A DNA stretch of 64,000 nucleotides, from contig CANQEI010000004.1 of assembly GCA_947594845.1 (NCBI GenBank), positions 29,890-93,889 on the forward strand. Reading direction: 5' to 3'. Shown here piece by piece: positions 1-10,582 of the stretch. Within the stretch, counting starts at the first letter, position 1; each line of letters begins with the position of its first letter. The notes below the pieces were generated by a model. That model had not been told where the DNA came from. It saw only the letters and a program-made list of their open reading frames with translations, and searched no databases. The position numbers and the translations under genes are program-made. Source of the stretch: an uncultured Clostridia bacterium. GTDB taxonomy: Bacteria > Bacillota > Clostridia > TANB77 > CAG-508.

Positions 1-360
1 AAGAACAGCAGCCGTGAACAAGAAATTTCAGAGATAAGTCGTTCTTTAAAAATATTAGCCAAAGAACTAAATATACCAGTTATTGCATTATCTCAATTAT
101 CTCGTGGAGCTGAAAAAAGAGATGATAAAAGACCAATGTTATCAGACTTGAGAGAATCTGGAGCTATAGAGCAAGATGCTGATATTGTAATGTTTTTATA
201 TAGAGACGATTACTATAATCAAGACAGCGAAAAGAAAAATATTGCAGAAGTAATTTTAGCAAAACACAGAGGAGGCTCAACAGGAACTGTAGAGCTATTA
301 TGGCTAGGCAATTATACAAAATTTGCTAATATTGAAAGATATAGAGATGAAAATCAATAG
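1..360 (+). CDS. dnaB: Replicative DNA helicase DnaB, C-terminal part (5' end outside window)
   Basis: Frame 1 is open from nt 1 and reads ...[51 protein letters not shown]...AKHRGGSTG. These are the conserved RecA-fold C-terminal motifs of DnaB-family helicases. Confidence 0.9.
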   Translation, partial: KNSSREQEISEISRSLKILAKELNIPVIALSQLSRGAEKRDDKRPMLSDLRESGAIEQDADIVMFLYRDDYYNQDSEKKNIAEVILAKHRGGSTGTVELLWLGNYTKFANIERYRDENQ

Positions 361-443
361 TAAGCAAATAGGACGCTTTTAAGCGCCCTATTATTATATT
401 ATAAAACAGAAAGTAACTTTTTAGTTCTTATGTAGGAGGAAAA

Positions 444-1421
444 ATGCTATACGAACAAGTAAAAGAAACAATAAAAAAATATAATATGATAGAGCAAAAT
501 GATAAGATAGTAGTTGGAGTTTCTGGAGGTCCAGATTCTATGACTCTTATTAATTTATTAATACAATTAAAAAGCGAATATAATATAAAAATATTTGTTG
601 CACATGTAAATCATATGATAAGGGAAAATGCAAAAAAAGATGAAGAATATGTAAAAGATTTTTGCCAAAAAAATAATATTGAAATATTTATAAAGCATGA
701 AGATGTAAATAAAAAATCAAAAACAGAGAAAAAAGGCTTAGAAGAAGCCGGAAGAGAAGTCAGGTATAAATTTTTTGATGAGGTTCTAAAGAAAACTAAT
801 TCGAATAAAATAGCAATAGCACATAATTTAAACGATAATTGCGAAACTATAATAATGAATATAATTAGAGGAACAGGAATAAAAGGTTTAAAAGGAATAG
901 AACCTAAAAGAGAAAATTATATAAGACCACTAATAGAAACACCTAGAGAAGAAATTGAAAAATATTGTGAAGAAAATAAAATCAATCCAAGACATGATGA
1001 GTCAAACGATGATAATACATATACGAGAAATAAAATAAGAAATATAATAATTCCATATATAAAAAAAGAATTTAATCCTAATATAGTTAAAGGAATAAAT
1101 AGATTATCAAACATAGTACAAGAAGAAGAAAAGTATATAGAAAAAGAAGTAGAAAAAGCATATAAAGAAGTTATTATTAATGATGAAAAAGAGATAATAT
1201 ATGATTTAAAAAAATTTAATAGTAAAGACATTTTAATTCAAAAAAAATTAATTTTATTAGGGATAGAAAAAATTTTTGGCGATACAAAAGGAATAGAAAA
1301 AATAAATTTAGACGATATAATAAAATTATGTAATAACAATATAGGCAACAAGTTTTTAAAACCAAATCAAAGAACTAAAATAGAAATAAAAAATAAGTGC
1401 ATTAATATAAAAAAAGATTAG
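444..1421 (+). CDS. tilS: tRNA(Ile)-lysidine synthase, short form (325 aa)
   Basis: PP-loop motif VGVSGGPDSMTL near the N-terminus and the block AHNLNDNCETIIMNIIRGTG. It lies directly upstream of ftsH, as in many Firmicutes. Confidence 0.85.
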   Translation: MLYEQVKETIKKYNMIEQNDKIVVGVSGGPDSMTLINLLIQLKSEYNIKIFVAHVNHMIRENAKKDEEYVKDFCQKNNIEIFIKHEDVNKKSKTEKKGLEEAGREVRYKFFDEVLKKTNSNKIAIAHNLNDNCETIIMNIIRGTGIKGLKGIEPKRENYIRPLIETPREEIEKYCEENKINPRHDESNDDNTYTRNKIRNIIIPYIKKEFNPNIVKGINRLSNIVQEEEKYIEKEVEKAYKEVIINDEKEIIYDLKKFNSKDILIQKKLILLGIEKIFGDTKGIEKINLDDIIKLCNNNIGNKFLKPNQRTKIEIKNKCINIKKD

Positions 1422-1535
1422 AAAATTTGCCTGAAAATAGAAAAATAACAAGTGTTACAATCTTGTTTCAATTTAAATAATTATGTTGTAAATATAAAAA
1501 GGTTATGCTATATTGAATTATATAATTGATGAATT

Positions 1536-3383
1536 ATGCATACCAAGGAGGAATATAATTTGAAAAGTGGAATTAAAAAGATAGCAATGTGGCTGATTTT
1601 ATTAATCATCTTCATAATGGTCATATCTGCAATAAGTGGAAATGCAAACAAAAAGATGTCTTATTCAGAATTATTAAAAAATGTCCAAGATAACAAAGTT
1701 GAATCAATCCAAATATCAGATGATAATAAAACAGCTAGTGTAAAAATAAAAGATGATGCAATTGAAAAAACAGTTACAATACCTAGTTTAGATACATTTA
1801 TGTTTAAAATTTCTGATAAATTAGTAGAAGAAACAGAAAATCCAATTGAATTAGCACAATCAGAAGAATCAAAATTTTTAAGCATATTAGAAGCTTTTGG
1901 ACCAACAATTCTACTTATGGTATTTATATTTTTCATCTGGGTAATGTTTATGAACCCAAATTCCCAAGGTGGAAACAAGACAATGTCATTTGGAAAAAGC
2001 AAAGCTAGAATGATGACACCAGCAGATAAAAACAAAATAACATTTGCAGATGTTGCAGGAATAGAAGAAGAAAAACAAGAACTTGAGGAAGTAGTAGAAT
2101 TTTTAAAAAATCCAAAGAAATTTACAGATATGGGAGCAAGAATCCCAAAAGGTGTTTTACTTGTAGGACATCCTGGAACAGGAAAAACATTACTTGCTAA
2201 AGCTGTTGCTGGAGAAGCTGGAGTACCATTTTTCATAATAAGTGGTTCAGATTTCGTTGAAATGTTTGTTGGTGTAGGTGCTTCAAGAGTTAGAGATTTA
2301 TTTGAACAAGCAAAGAAAAGTGCACCATGTATAGTATTTATAGATGAAATTGATGCCGTTGGACGTCAAAGAGGAGCTGGACTTGGAGGAGGACATGATG
2401 AAAGAGAACAAACATTAAATCAATTACTTGTTGAAATGGATGGATTTGCACCAAATGAAGGTGTTATAGTTTTAGCAGCAACAAACAGACCAGACGTATT
2501 AGATAAAGCTTTACTAAGAGCAGGAAGGTTTGATAGACAAATAGTAGTTGGTGCACCAGATGTCAAAGCAAGAGAACAAATACTAGAAGTTCATGCTAAA
2601 AAGAAAAAATTAGCAGACGATGTAGATTTAGGAACAATAGCAAAAAATACAGCTGGATTTGTAGGTGCTGACTTAGAAAATATTTTAAATGAAGCTGCAT
2701 TAGTAGCAGCTAAACAAGATAAAAAAGAAATCAGCATGAAAGATATTGAAGATGCAATGATAAAAGTTACTATGGGACCAGAGAAAAAATCTAAAGTAAT
2801 AAGCGATAAAGAACGAAAACTAGTTGCGTTTCATGAAGCTGGTCATGCAGTAGTTAGTAGATTTCTTCCTACACAAGACCAAGTTCATCAAATATCAATA
2901 GTTCCAAGAGGAATGGCTGGAGGATATACAATGTATAGACCAGCAGAAGATAAATCATTTATGTCAAAAGTGGAAATGGAAGAAAATATAGTATCATTAT
3001 TAGGAGGAAGAGTTGCTGAAAAAATAGTTTTAGGAGATATTTCAACAGGTGCAAGCAATGATATAGAAAGAGCATCAAAGATAGCCAGAGATATGGTAAC
3101 ACGATATGGTATGAGTGATAAAATAGGAACAATAACTTTTGGAACAGGTCAAGAAGAAGTATTCTTAGGAAGGGATATTGCACAATCAAGAAATTATAGT
3201 GAAACAACATCAGCTCAAATTGATGTTGAAGTAAAAGCAATAATTGATAAAGCATATAGAACTGCTGAACAAATTCTTACAATGAACAGAGATAAATTAG
3301 ACAAAGTAGCTGGAGTACTTATGGAAAAAGAAAAAATTGATGGTGATGAGTTTAATGAAATATTTAATCCACAAGCGGAATAA
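1536..3383 (+). CDS. ftsH: ATP-dependent zinc metalloprotease FtsH
   Basis: Two N-terminal TM segments, Walker A GHPGTGKT, Walker [33 protein letters not shown] and zinc site HEAGHAV. Confidence 0.97.
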   Translation: MHTKEEYNLKSGIKKIAMWLILLIIFIMVISAISGNANKKMSYSELLKNVQDNKVESIQISDDNKTASVKIKDDAIEKTVTIPSLDTFMFKISDKLVEETENPIELAQSEESKFLSILEAFGPTILLMVFIFFIWVMFMNPNSQGGNKTMSFGKSKARMMTPADKNKITFADVAGIEEEKQELEEVVEFLKNPKKFTDMGARIPKGVLLVGHPGTGKTLLAKAVAGEAGVPFFIISGSDFVEMFVGVGASRVRDLFEQAKKSAPCIVFIDEIDAVGRQRGAGLGGGHDEREQTLNQLLVEMDGFAPNEGVIVLAATNRPDVLDKALLRAGRFDRQIVVGAPDVKAREQILEVHAKKKKLADDVDLGTIAKNTAGFVGADLENILNEAALVAAKQDKKEISMKDIEDAMIKVTMGPEKKSKVISDKERKLVAFHEAGHAVVSRFLPTQDQVHQISIVPRGMAGGYTMYRPAEDKSFMSKVEMEENIVSLLGGRVAEKIVLGDISTGASNDIERASKIARDMVTRYGMSDKIGTITFGTGQEEVFLGRDIAQSRNYSETTSAQIDVEVKAIIDKAYRTAEQILTMNRDKLDKVAGVLMEKEKIDGDEFNEIFNPQAE

Positions 3384-3397
3384 TCTCTAAAATAGAA

Positions 3398-3431
3398 AAT
3401 ACGCCTTTAAATATTTAAGGCGTATTTTTTT
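3398..3431 (+). terminator. Rho-independent terminator of ftsH
   Basis: 10-bp stem aatacgcctt (3398-3407) / aaggcgtatt (3417-3426), 9-nt loop, then a T-run. Confidence 0.75.
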
Positions 3432-3832
3432 ATGCCTTAAATTATAAAATGGAATATTAATATAAAATAATCGAAAATAAAGGGTAAAAAATAGTATAGA
3501 TTTAAAAATAAAAAATCTAAAAAAGCAAAAAATGATTTTTTGAAAATAAAAAAGTTTTGTAAAAAAATAAAATATAAAAAATACACAAAATGCAATAAAT
3601 AAAGCATAAAATAGAAAACATAAAAAATAAAAAAATAAATAAAAAATAGAAAAATGGAAAAAATCATTTTTTGAAAAATAAGAAAATGTAATTAAAATGT
3701 AACACAAAAAAGCGTATACCTACAGTATCAAAGAATGAGCAATTTTGAAAAAAATGGAATTATTAAACCTGAATGCGTGAACCGGTTGAAATTAAAAGAA
3801 AAAATGAACAGAGTTACATAATTTACATATGT

Positions 3833-3860
3833 TTGACATTATTATCGTGAGTGGTAAAAT
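3833..3860 (+). promoter_or_regulatory. Candidate sigma-A promoter of nrdDG
   Basis: TTGACA (3833-3838), 16-nt spacer, TAAAAT (3855-3860), about 58 nt upstream of the nrdD ATG. Confidence 0.5.
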
Positions 3861-3917
3861 ACAATCAGCCAAGGCGAAGAATAATAAATAAGGATGAAAA
3901 AATAGGGGGAAAAAAGT

Positions 3918-6218
3918 ATGCAAGTAATTAAAAGAGATGGAAGAGTAGTAGAATTTAATCCAGAAAGAATTGTTAAGGCTGTAACATTAGCAATGGCTCA
4001 AACACCAGGTGGTGTAGATATAGAATTAGCTAATAAGATAGCAGCAGATGTACAAAGAAAATTAGAAGATAAAAATCAATCAACAGTTTATGAGATTCAA
4101 GATTTAGTTGAAAAAAGATTAATGGCATCATCAAGAAAAGAAGTTGCACAAAGTTATATTACATATAGATATAACAGAGATGTTGCAAGAAAATCAAAAA
4201 CAAAAGAAGTTTTCTTAGATATTATTGGCGCTAAGGCAAACGATATAACAAGAGAAAACGCAAATATGAATGCTGATACACCAGCAGGAATGATGATGAA
4301 ATTTGCATCAGAAACTACAAAACCATTTGTTGATGATTTCTTATTATCAACCGAAGCAAGAGAAGCTGTAAAAAATGGTTATATACATGTTCATGATAAG
4401 GATTATTACCCAACAAAATCATTAACTTGTTTACAACATCCTTTAGATAAAATTTTAAAAAATGGATTTAGAGCAGGACATGGTTCATCAAGACCAGCAA
4501 AAAGAATTGAGACAGCAAGTATAATCGGATGTATTTCAATGGAAACTGTACAAAATGAAATGCACGGAGGACAAGCAATACCTGCATTTGATTATTACCT
4601 AGCACCATATGTTAAATTAACATTTAAAGAAGAATTAAAGAAAATAGGAGAACTATTAGATAAAGATTTATCAAAATTATATGATTATCAACCAAAAGAT
4701 TATATAAAACAAGATTTAGCAGGATTAAAGGGAGAAGAAAGAGATATTCAAGCTGCTATAAATAATACAGTATCAAGAGTTCATCAAGCAATGGAAGCAT
4801 TTATACATAATATGAACACAATACATTCAAGAGGTGGAAACCAAGTTGTATTTAGTTCTATAAACTATGGAACAGATACATCAGCAGAAGGAAGATGCAT
4901 CATAAGAGAAATACTTCTTTCAACAGAAAGAGGAGTAGGAAATGGTGAAACACCAATATTCCCAATTCAAATTTGGAAGAAAAAAAGAGGAGTAAACTAC
5001 GAGAAAAAAGATCCAAACTATGATTTATACAAATTAGCTTGCAAAGTAACAGCTAAAAGATTCTTCCCAAATTTCATAAACTTAGATGCAACATTTAATC
5101 AACATGAAAAATGGAAAGCAAATGATCCAGAAAGATATAAATATGAATGTGCTACAATGGGATGCAGAACTAGAGTTTTTGAAAACAGACATGGTGAGAA
5201 AACATCAATTGGAAGAGGTAACTTATCATTTACAACAATTAACTTACCAGGTTTAGCAATAGAATCAGCTTTAGAAGCACAAGAAAAATGTGGAATTACA
5301 TTTGATCTTGGCAAAGGTAGCGAAGAACAAATGACACCAGCATTTAAAAAAGCTGTAAAGAAAATATTCATGCAGAAATTAGAAGATGTAGCAGGAATTG
5401 CTGCAAGACAATTATATGATAGATATAAATTCCAATGCACAGCAATTGCAAAGCAATTTCCAATGTTAATGTCAGGACTATGGAATGGAAGCGAAAACTT
5501 AAAACCAACAGATAGTGTTGAACCAGTTTTAAAAGAAGGAACATTAGGAGTTGGATTTATAGGACTAGCAGAAGCATTAACAGTTTTAACAGGGAAACAT
5601 CATGGTGAATCAGAAGAATCACAAAAACTTGGACTTGAAATAATTACAGATTTAAAAGAAATGGTAACAGGATTTTCTGAAAGATATGATTTGAACTTCT
5701 CAGTATTGGCTACACCAGCAGAAGGATTAGCAGGAAGATTCACAAAAATGGATAGAAAGAAATATGGAACAATTTTAGGTGTAACAGATAAAGATTATTA
5801 TACAAATAGTAACCACGTTCCAGTATGGTACAAATGTACAGCAGAACATAAAGCAAAAATAGAGGCTCCATATCATGATTTAACAAGAGGTGGACATATC
5901 TTCTACATAGAGCTTGATGGAGATGCTGTTCATAATCCAGAAAGTATTGAAGCTGTCGTAGATTTAATGGATAAATATAATATGGGATATGGTAGTGTTA
6001 ATCACACAAGATCAAGATGTATGTCTTGCGGATTTGAAAATGCTGATGCAAACTTAAAAGTTTGTCCAGAATGCGGAAGCGAAGATATAGATATTATTCA
6101 AAGAATAACAGGATATTTAGTAGGAACAACTTCAAGATGGAATCAAGGAAAACTAGCTGAATTAAAAGATAGAGTAACACATATAGATGGAGATGCAAAC
6201 GGAATGAAAGGTGCATAA
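3918..6218 (+). CDS. nrdD: Anaerobic (class III) ribonucleoside-triphosphate reductase
   Basis: N-terminal ATP-cone (MQVIKRDGRVVEFNPERI), C-terminal Zn ribbon CMSCGF...CPECGS and glycyl-radical motif RITGYLVG. SD AGGGGGA sits upstream. Confidence 0.95.
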   Translation: MQVIKRDGRVVEFNPERIVKAVTLAMAQTPGGVDIELANKIAADVQRKLEDKNQSTVYEIQDLVEKRLMASSRKEVAQSYITYRYNRDVARKSKTKEVFLDIIGAKANDITRENANMNADTPAGMMMKFASETTKPFVDDFLLSTEAREAVKNGYIHVHDKDYYPTKSLTCLQHPLDKILKNGFRAGHGSSRPAKRIETASIIGCISMETVQNEMHGGQAIPAFDYYLAPYVKLTFKEELKKIGELLDKDLSKLYDYQPKDYIKQDLAGLKGEERDIQAAINNTVSRVHQAMEAFIHNMNTIHSRGGNQVVFSSINYGTDTSAEGRCIIREILLSTERGVGNGETPIFPIQIWKKKRGVNYEKKDPNYDLYKLACKVTAKRFFPNFINLDATFNQHEKWKANDPERYKYECATMGCRTRVFENRHGEKTSIGRGNLSFTTINLPGLAIESALEAQEKCGITFDLGKGSEEQMTPAFKKAVKKIFMQKLEDVAGIAARQLYDRYKFQCTAIAKQFPMLMSGLWNGSENLKPTDSVEPVLKEGTLGVGFIGLAEALTVLTGKHHGESEESQKLGLEIITDLKEMVTGFSERYDLNFSVLATPAEGLAGRFTKMDRKKYGTILGVTDKDYYTNSNHVPVWYKCTAEHKAKIEAPYHDLTRGGHIFYIELDGDAVHNPESIEAVVDLMDKYNMGYGSVNHTRSRCMSCGFENADANLKVCPECGSEDIDIIQRITGYLVGTTSRWNQGKLAELKDRVTHIDGDANGMKGA

Positions 6219-6238
6219 AGTAACAGGAGGAAAAGAAC

Positions 6239-6742
6239 ATGAATATGGCAGGATTTTATGATGAAAGTATATCAAATGGACTAGGTTGGAGAGCAGTTTT
6301 ATTTGTAAGTGGATGCCCACACAACTGCCCAGGATGCCAAAATAAAATGGCACAAGACTTTAACTATGGTCAGAAATTTAATAAACAAGAAATAATAGAT
6401 AGAATTTGTGAAAATTCAATATTAAAAGGAATAACAATAAGTGGAGGAGAACCACTTTGTCCAGAAAACATAAAAGAAGTTGCAGATTTTATTGAAGATG
6501 TAAAAAAAGTAAAACCAGAGTTTAATGTATGGTGCTATAGTGGATATACTTTTGAACAACTTCAAGAAAGAAATGATAAAGAAACGAATAGACTTTTAAA
6601 TGATATTGATGTTCTTGTAGACGGAAGATTTGTTGAAAATCAAAAAATACCAAACCTAAAATTTAGAGGTTCTGCTAATCAAAGAATTATAAATGTTCCT
6701 GAGACATTAAAAGTCCACAAAGTAATCAATTTAGATTTATAA
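6239..6742 (+). CDS. nrdG: Anaerobic RNR activating enzyme (radical SAM)
   Basis: CxxxCxxC cluster in SGCPHNCPGCQN, small size, 20 nt downstream of nrdD with SD AGGAGG. Confidence 0.9.
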   Translation: MNMAGFYDESISNGLGWRAVLFVSGCPHNCPGCQNKMAQDFNYGQKFNKQEIIDRICENSILKGITISGGEPLCPENIKEVADFIEDVKKVKPEFNVWCYSGYTFEQLQERNDKETNRLLNDIDVLVDGRFVENQKIPNLKFRGSANQRIINVPETLKVHKVINLDL

Positions 6743-6745
6743 AAA

Positions 6746-6786
6746 AAATCACCTTATTTATAAAAAATAAATAAGGTGATTTTTTA
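6746..6786 (+). terminator. Rho-independent terminator of nrdDG
   Basis: Perfect 15-bp stem aaatcaccttattta (6746-6760) / taaataaggtgattt (6768-6782), 7-nt loop, T-run. Confidence 0.8.
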
Positions 6787-6910
6787 TGCTTTGAAAGGTG
6801 CTTAATTCTAAACTTTATGTATCATAAATGAAATATAATTGTAAAAAATTATGTAACCTTGGAAGGATTTGAAATATTTATGTCGAATAATATTAAAAGA
6901 AAGGAACAAA

Positions 6911-8689
6911 ATGGTAAGATATAGTGATGAATTAATTGATGAAATTAGATCCTCAAATGATATAGTAGATATAATATCTCAATATGTAACATTAAAAAGG
7001 AGTGGTAGAAATTTTTTTGGATTATGTCCTTTTCACAGAGAAAAATCACCTTCCTTTTCTGTTTCACCAGATAAACAAATATTTCATTGCTTCGGTTGTG
7101 GAGTAGGAGGAAATGTTATTCATTTTATCAGTAAAATTGAAAATTTAGATTTTAGAGAATCGCTAGAATTTTTAGCTGAACGTGCTGGTATAGAATTACC
7201 AACCTCAGAAAATGATCAATTTAATAAAAAGCAATTTCTTAAAGATAAAGTTTTCAAAATTAACGAAGAAACAGCACAATTTTATCACGAAAATCTATAT
7301 AAACCAACAGCAAAAGAAGCTCAAGATTATATAAAAACTAGAAAACTAAATAATGCTACACTAAAATCTTTTTTAATAGGATATTCAGGAAAATATAATG
7401 AACTATATAATCACTTAAAACAAAAAGGATTTTCAGAAGAAGAAATTTTGGCTTCTAGCTTAGTAAACAAAAATGATAGAGGACAATTTATAGATAGATT
7501 TAGAAATAGATTAATAATACCTATAATGGATATAAGAGGAAAAGTTATAGCTTTTGGAGGAAGAGTTTTAGATAAGTCTTTACCTAAATATATTAACTCA
7601 CCTGAAAATATAGTATATTCAAAAGGTAGAAATTTGTTCGGATTAAACGTTGCTAAAAAAGGAAATTTGGATAAAATTGTTATAGTTGAAGGATATATGG
7701 ATGCTATTTCTTTATATCAAAGAGGAATAACTAATGTCGTTGCATCACTTGGAACAGCATTAACAGAGGCTCAAGGAAGGTTACTAAGAAAATACGCTGG
7801 ACAAGTTATAATAAGCTATGATTCAGATGCAGCAGGACAAGCAGCAACAATGAGAGGTTTAGAGATTTTAAAAAATCTTGGATGTGATGTTAGAATACTT
7901 CAAATGGAAGGCGCAAAAGATCCAGATGAATATGTTATCAAATATGGGAGTGGAAGATTTAATTTATTAATAGATAAAGCAATATCACTTGTAGAATTTA
8001 AAATAAAAATTGCTAAAAATAAGTACAATTTGGAAAATACAAATGATAAAATAAAATTTTTACAAGAAATTGCTAAAATATTATTAAATGTAGAAAGTCA
8101 GATTGAATTAGAAATTCAAATTGATAATGTTTCAAGAGAGTATGGAATTTCGAAAGAAGCAATTTATGCTGAAGTAAATAAAATAAGATATGTGAATAGA
8201 AAACAAGAAATAGAAAGCGAGAAAAAACCTAAGCCACGTATAATAACCAAAGAAGAAAAAAAGGTTGATGAAGCGACAATAAAAAGAGAAAATGTAATTA
8301 TTTATTTACTTATAAACGGTAATGAAGAGCATAAAAACAAAATAAAATCTAATATAAAAATAGAAGATTTTAAATATTCGCTAAATATAGAACTAATAAG
8401 AAAAATATATGAATACATCGAAAAAGACAAAGATATAAATAACATATTAGATACAATAGAAGAAAAACAATTAATAAGCCACTTCACAAGTATAATGGCA
8501 GATGATTATGAAATATCTGATATGGATAAATGCATAGAAGATATTATAAATAGTTATAATAAAGAAAGACTTATTAAAAGGAAAAACGAAATTTTAATTG
8601 AATTAGAAAAAAATTTAGAAGAAACAAGTAAAAAGGATCTAGAAAAAGAGCTAAATACAATCATTTTACAAATAACTAAAATGAAATAG
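6911..8689 (+). CDS. dnaG: DNA primase
   Basis: Zn finger CPFHREKSPSFSVSPDKQIFHCFGCG, TOPRIM EGYMD and YDSDAAG. I place the start at ATG 6911 (MVRYSDELIDEIR) rather than the TTG at 6869 in the ORF track. Confidence 0.93.
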   Translation: MVRYSDELIDEIRSSNDIVDIISQYVTLKRSGRNFFGLCPFHREKSPSFSVSPDKQIFHCFGCGVGGNVIHFISKIENLDFRESLEFLAERAGIELPTSENDQFNKKQFLKDKVFKINEETAQFYHENLYKPTAKEAQDYIKTRKLNNATLKSFLIGYSGKYNELYNHLKQKGFSEEEILASSLVNKNDRGQFIDRFRNRLIIPIMDIRGKVIAFGGRVLDKSLPKYINSPENIVYSKGRNLFGLNVAKKGNLDKIVIVEGYMDAISLYQRGITNVVASLGTALTEAQGRLLRKYAGQVIISYDSDAAGQAATMRGLEILKNLGCDVRILQMEGAKDPDEYVIKYGSGRFNLLIDKAISLVEFKIKIAKNKYNLENTNDKIKFLQEIAKILLNVESQIELEIQIDNVSREYGISKEAIYAEVNKIRYVNRKQEIESEKKPKPRIITKEEKKVDEATIKRENVIIYLLINGNEEHKNKIKSNIKIEDFKYSLNIELIRKIYEYIEKDKDINNILDTIEEKQLISHFTSIMADDYEISDMDKCIEDIINSYNKERLIKRKNEILIELEKNLEETSKKDLEKELNTIILQITKMK

Positions 8690-8698
8690 GGGGATATT

Positions 8699-10129
8699 AT
8701 GGCTAAAGCAAAAAAAGAAGAAACAGAAAATAAAGAAATTAAAAAAACATCAAAAAACATACCTAATGAGGAAAATAAAAAATCAAATAATAAAGATACA
8801 GAAAAAGCAAAAAAGAATGTAGAAGCTAAAAAACAGTCTGACGACCAAAAAAAAGAAATAAAGGGAAAAGAGAAAAAAGTAGTTCCTGAAGTTGAAGAGA
8901 AAAATGAAAAAGATGTTAAAAGCAAAACTATAAAAGAAGATAAAGAAGAAAAAGCAGAAAATGCTGAATCAGTCGAAAAAGGAACGGAAAATACAGCTAA
9001 AAAAAATAAAAAGGAAATTAAAAAAATAGAAAATCCACAAACAGAGGAAGAAATAGCTAATAATAAGGTTTATAATATACTTAAAACAGCTAAAGAAAGT
9101 GGAAAAATTACTTATGGAGAATTAGCTACTCAATTAGGAGATGTAACACCAGATCAAATAGATAAAGTTTTTGATGTTTTTGAAGAATTAGGTGTTGATG
9201 TATTAAAAGATGATGGAGATGAAGAACCAGACATTGAAGACTTAGAGGAAGTCGAAGAGATAAAACTAGATGAAATGAATGCAACAACAATGGATGGCGT
9301 AAGTGTAGATGACCCTGTTAGAATGTATTTAAGAGAAATAGGAAGAATTCCTTTATTGACTTTTGATGAAGAATTAGATTTAGCAAAAAGAATATTAGAA
9401 GATGATGAAGAAGCTAAACAAAAATTAGCAGAGTCAAACTTAAGACTAGTTGTAAGTATTGCTAAAAAATATGTTGGAAGAGGAATGCTATTTTTAGATT
9501 TAATACAAGAAGGAAACATGGGGCTAATCAAAGCTGTAGAAAAATTTGATTATACAAAAGGCTTTAAATTTAGCACATATGCTACATGGTGGATTAGACA
9601 AGCTATAACTAGAGCTATAGCAGATCAAGCTAGAACTATAAGAATACCAGTTCATATGGTTGAGACAATAAATAAATTAATAAGAACATCTAGACATCTA
9701 TTACAACAATTAGGTAGAGAACCTACGCCAGAAGAAATTGCGGAAGAAATGGAAATACCAGTTGAAAAAGTTATGGAAATACAAAAAATAGCTCAGGATC
9801 CAGTGTCATTAGAAACACCAATAGGTGAAGAAGATGATAGTCATCTTGGAGATTTTATACCAGATGATGAATCACCTGCACCACAAGATTCTGCTGCATA
9901 TACATTATTAAAAGAGCAACTAGAGGAAGTAATGGAAACATTAACTCCAAGAGAAGCAAAAGTTTTAAAACTTAGATTTGGTCTAGAAGATGGAAAAGCA
10001 AGAACTCTTGAAGAAGTAGGTAAAGAATTTCAAGTAACACGTGAAAGAATTAGACAAATAGAAGCAAAAGCTCTAAGAAAATTGAGACATCCTAGTAGAA
10101 GTAAACGTCTAAAAGATTACATGAGTTAA
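8699..10129 (+). CDS. rpoD: Primary RNA polymerase sigma factor (sigma-70/SigA) with a ~110-aa K/E-rich N-terminal extension
   Basis: Region 2 [40 protein letters not shown], region 3 and region 4 ([15 protein letters not shown]...[19 protein letters not shown]). dnaG-rpoD order is conserved. Confidence 0.95.
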   Translation: MAKAKKEETENKEIKKTSKNIPNEENKKSNNKDTEKAKKNVEAKKQSDDQKKEIKGKEKKVVPEVEEKNEKDVKSKTIKEDKEEKAENAESVEKGTENTAKKNKKEIKKIENPQTEEEIANNKVYNILKTAKESGKITYGELATQLGDVTPDQIDKVFDVFEELGVDVLKDDGDEEPDIEDLEEVEEIKLDEMNATTMDGVSVDDPVRMYLREIGRIPLLTFDEELDLAKRILEDDEEAKQKLAESNLRLVVSIAKKYVGRGMLFLDLIQEGNMGLIKAVEKFDYTKGFKFSTYATWWIRQAITRAIADQARTIRIPVHMVETINKLIRTSRHLLQQLGREPTPEEIAEEMEIPVEKVMEIQKIAQDPVSLETPIGEEDDSHLGDFIPDDESPAPQDSAAYTLLKEQLEEVMETLTPREAKVLKLRFGLEDGKARTLEEVGKEFQVTRERIRQIEAKALRKLRHPSRSKRLKDYMS

Positions 10130-10185
10130 TGAATTACTGTATAATAAATTTAAGCTATAATGTTTATTTTAAGGAGTGATTGATA

Positions 10186-10341
10186 ATGGATAAAAAAGAT
10201 ATTGAGATAGTTCCAGGTGATGGAAATATAGATATTTCTCCAGCAGAAGATCATATAAGCGATTTAGTAGGAAATAGTAAAAAGCCAAAAAAGGAAGACA
10301 TAGTAATTCCACAACCTACAAAAAAAGATGAAGAAGATTAA
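10186..10341 (+). CDS. Small acidic hypothetical protein (51 aa), below the ORF-track cutoff
   Basis: AAGGAG (10171-10176) lies 9 nt before the ATG. Translation is MDKKDIEIVPGDGNIDISPAEDHISDLVGNSKKPKKEDIVIPQPTKKDEED. A hairpin terminator follows. I recognise no family. Confidence 0.4.
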   Translation: MDKKDIEIVPGDGNIDISPAEDHISDLVGNSKKPKKEDIVIPQPTKKDEED

Positions 10342-10342
10342 C

Positions 10343-10375
10343 AAAAAAGCGCTAGTAAAATCTAGCGTTTTTTTA
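10343..10375. terminator. Bidirectional hairpin terminator (A-run / stem / T-run)
   Basis: aaaaaGCGCTAGtaaaatCTAGCGttttttt, with stem cgctag (10350-10355) / ctagcg (10362-10367) flanked by A- and T-runs. Confidence 0.6.
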
Positions 10376-10380
10376 ATCTA

Positions 10381-10412
10381 AAAAATAAAAAAACTTAGAA
10401 TAAACTAAGTTT
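10381..10412 (-). terminator. Rho-independent terminator of the tRNA gene
   Basis: Stem 10391-10398 / 10405-10412 (aaacttag / ctaagttt), loop aataaa. On the minus strand it starts right after the tRNA 3' end and is followed by a T-run. Confidence 0.6.
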
Positions 10413-10490
10413 TGGTAGCGAGGGGGAGATTCGAACTCTCGACCCACTGGGTATGAACCAGTTGCTCTAGCCAACTGAGCTACCTCGCCA
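10413..10490 (-). tRNA. tRNA with CAU anticodon, most likely elongator tRNA-Met (tRNA-Ile2/lysidine not excluded), CCA encoded
   Basis: The reverse complement reads GGCGAGGTAGCTCAGTTGGCTAGAGCAACTGGTTCATACCCAGTGGGTCGAGAGTTCGAATCTCCCCCTCGCTACCA. It has a canonical D-loop, an anticodon stem ACTGG/CCAGT with loop TTCATAC, a T-loop TTCGAAT and a 7-bp acceptor stem. One A-C mismatch falls in the T-stem. Confidence 0.85.
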
Positions 10491-10501
10491 TAACAGATAT
10501 T

Positions 10502-10530
10502 ATTATACTTGCTATTTTCAGTTTTGTCAA
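10502..10530 (-). promoter_or_regulatory. Sigma-A promoter of the tRNA gene
   Basis: On the minus strand: TTGACA (10530-10525), 17-nt spacer, TATAAT (10507-10502), 11 nt before the mature 5' end. Confidence 0.65.
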
Positions 10531-10582
10531 TTATTTTTTTAGATAATATGAAAAAATAACCTGAAATAATAAAAATCATTTT

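Noticed and set aside
1661-2236. Long antisense ORFs inside ftsH and inside many other genes (e.g. 917-1231, 5099-5440, 9154-9531, 33814-34311, 42816-43313, 50984-51472, 53323-53853, 58811-59233)
   Set aside because: These are shadow ORFs opposite well-supported genes. They are low-complexity and S/F/L/I-rich, with no SD and no recognisable motif.
3387-3707. Two overlapping minus-strand ORFs (106 and 76 aa) in the ftsH-nrdD spacer
   Set aside because: Their translations are almost pure F/L/Y/I/K, the mirror image of the plus-strand A-tract. They have no SD and overlap the ftsH terminator. They are compositional artefacts.
3700-3917. NrdR boxes or a cobalamin riboswitch upstream of nrdD
   Set aside because: I could not find a convincing 16-bp NrdR palindrome pair or a B12-box-like GC-rich core by eye. 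I make no claim without a covariance or PWM search.
6869-6910. TTG at 6869 as the dnaG start
   Set aside because: The ATG at 6911 gives the canonical primase N-terminus (MVRYSDELIDEI) and has an AAAGGAA SD-like element upstream.
10373-10579. 68-aa minus-strand ORF
   Set aside because: It reads straight through the tRNA gene, its promoter and its terminator, so it is not a coding region.
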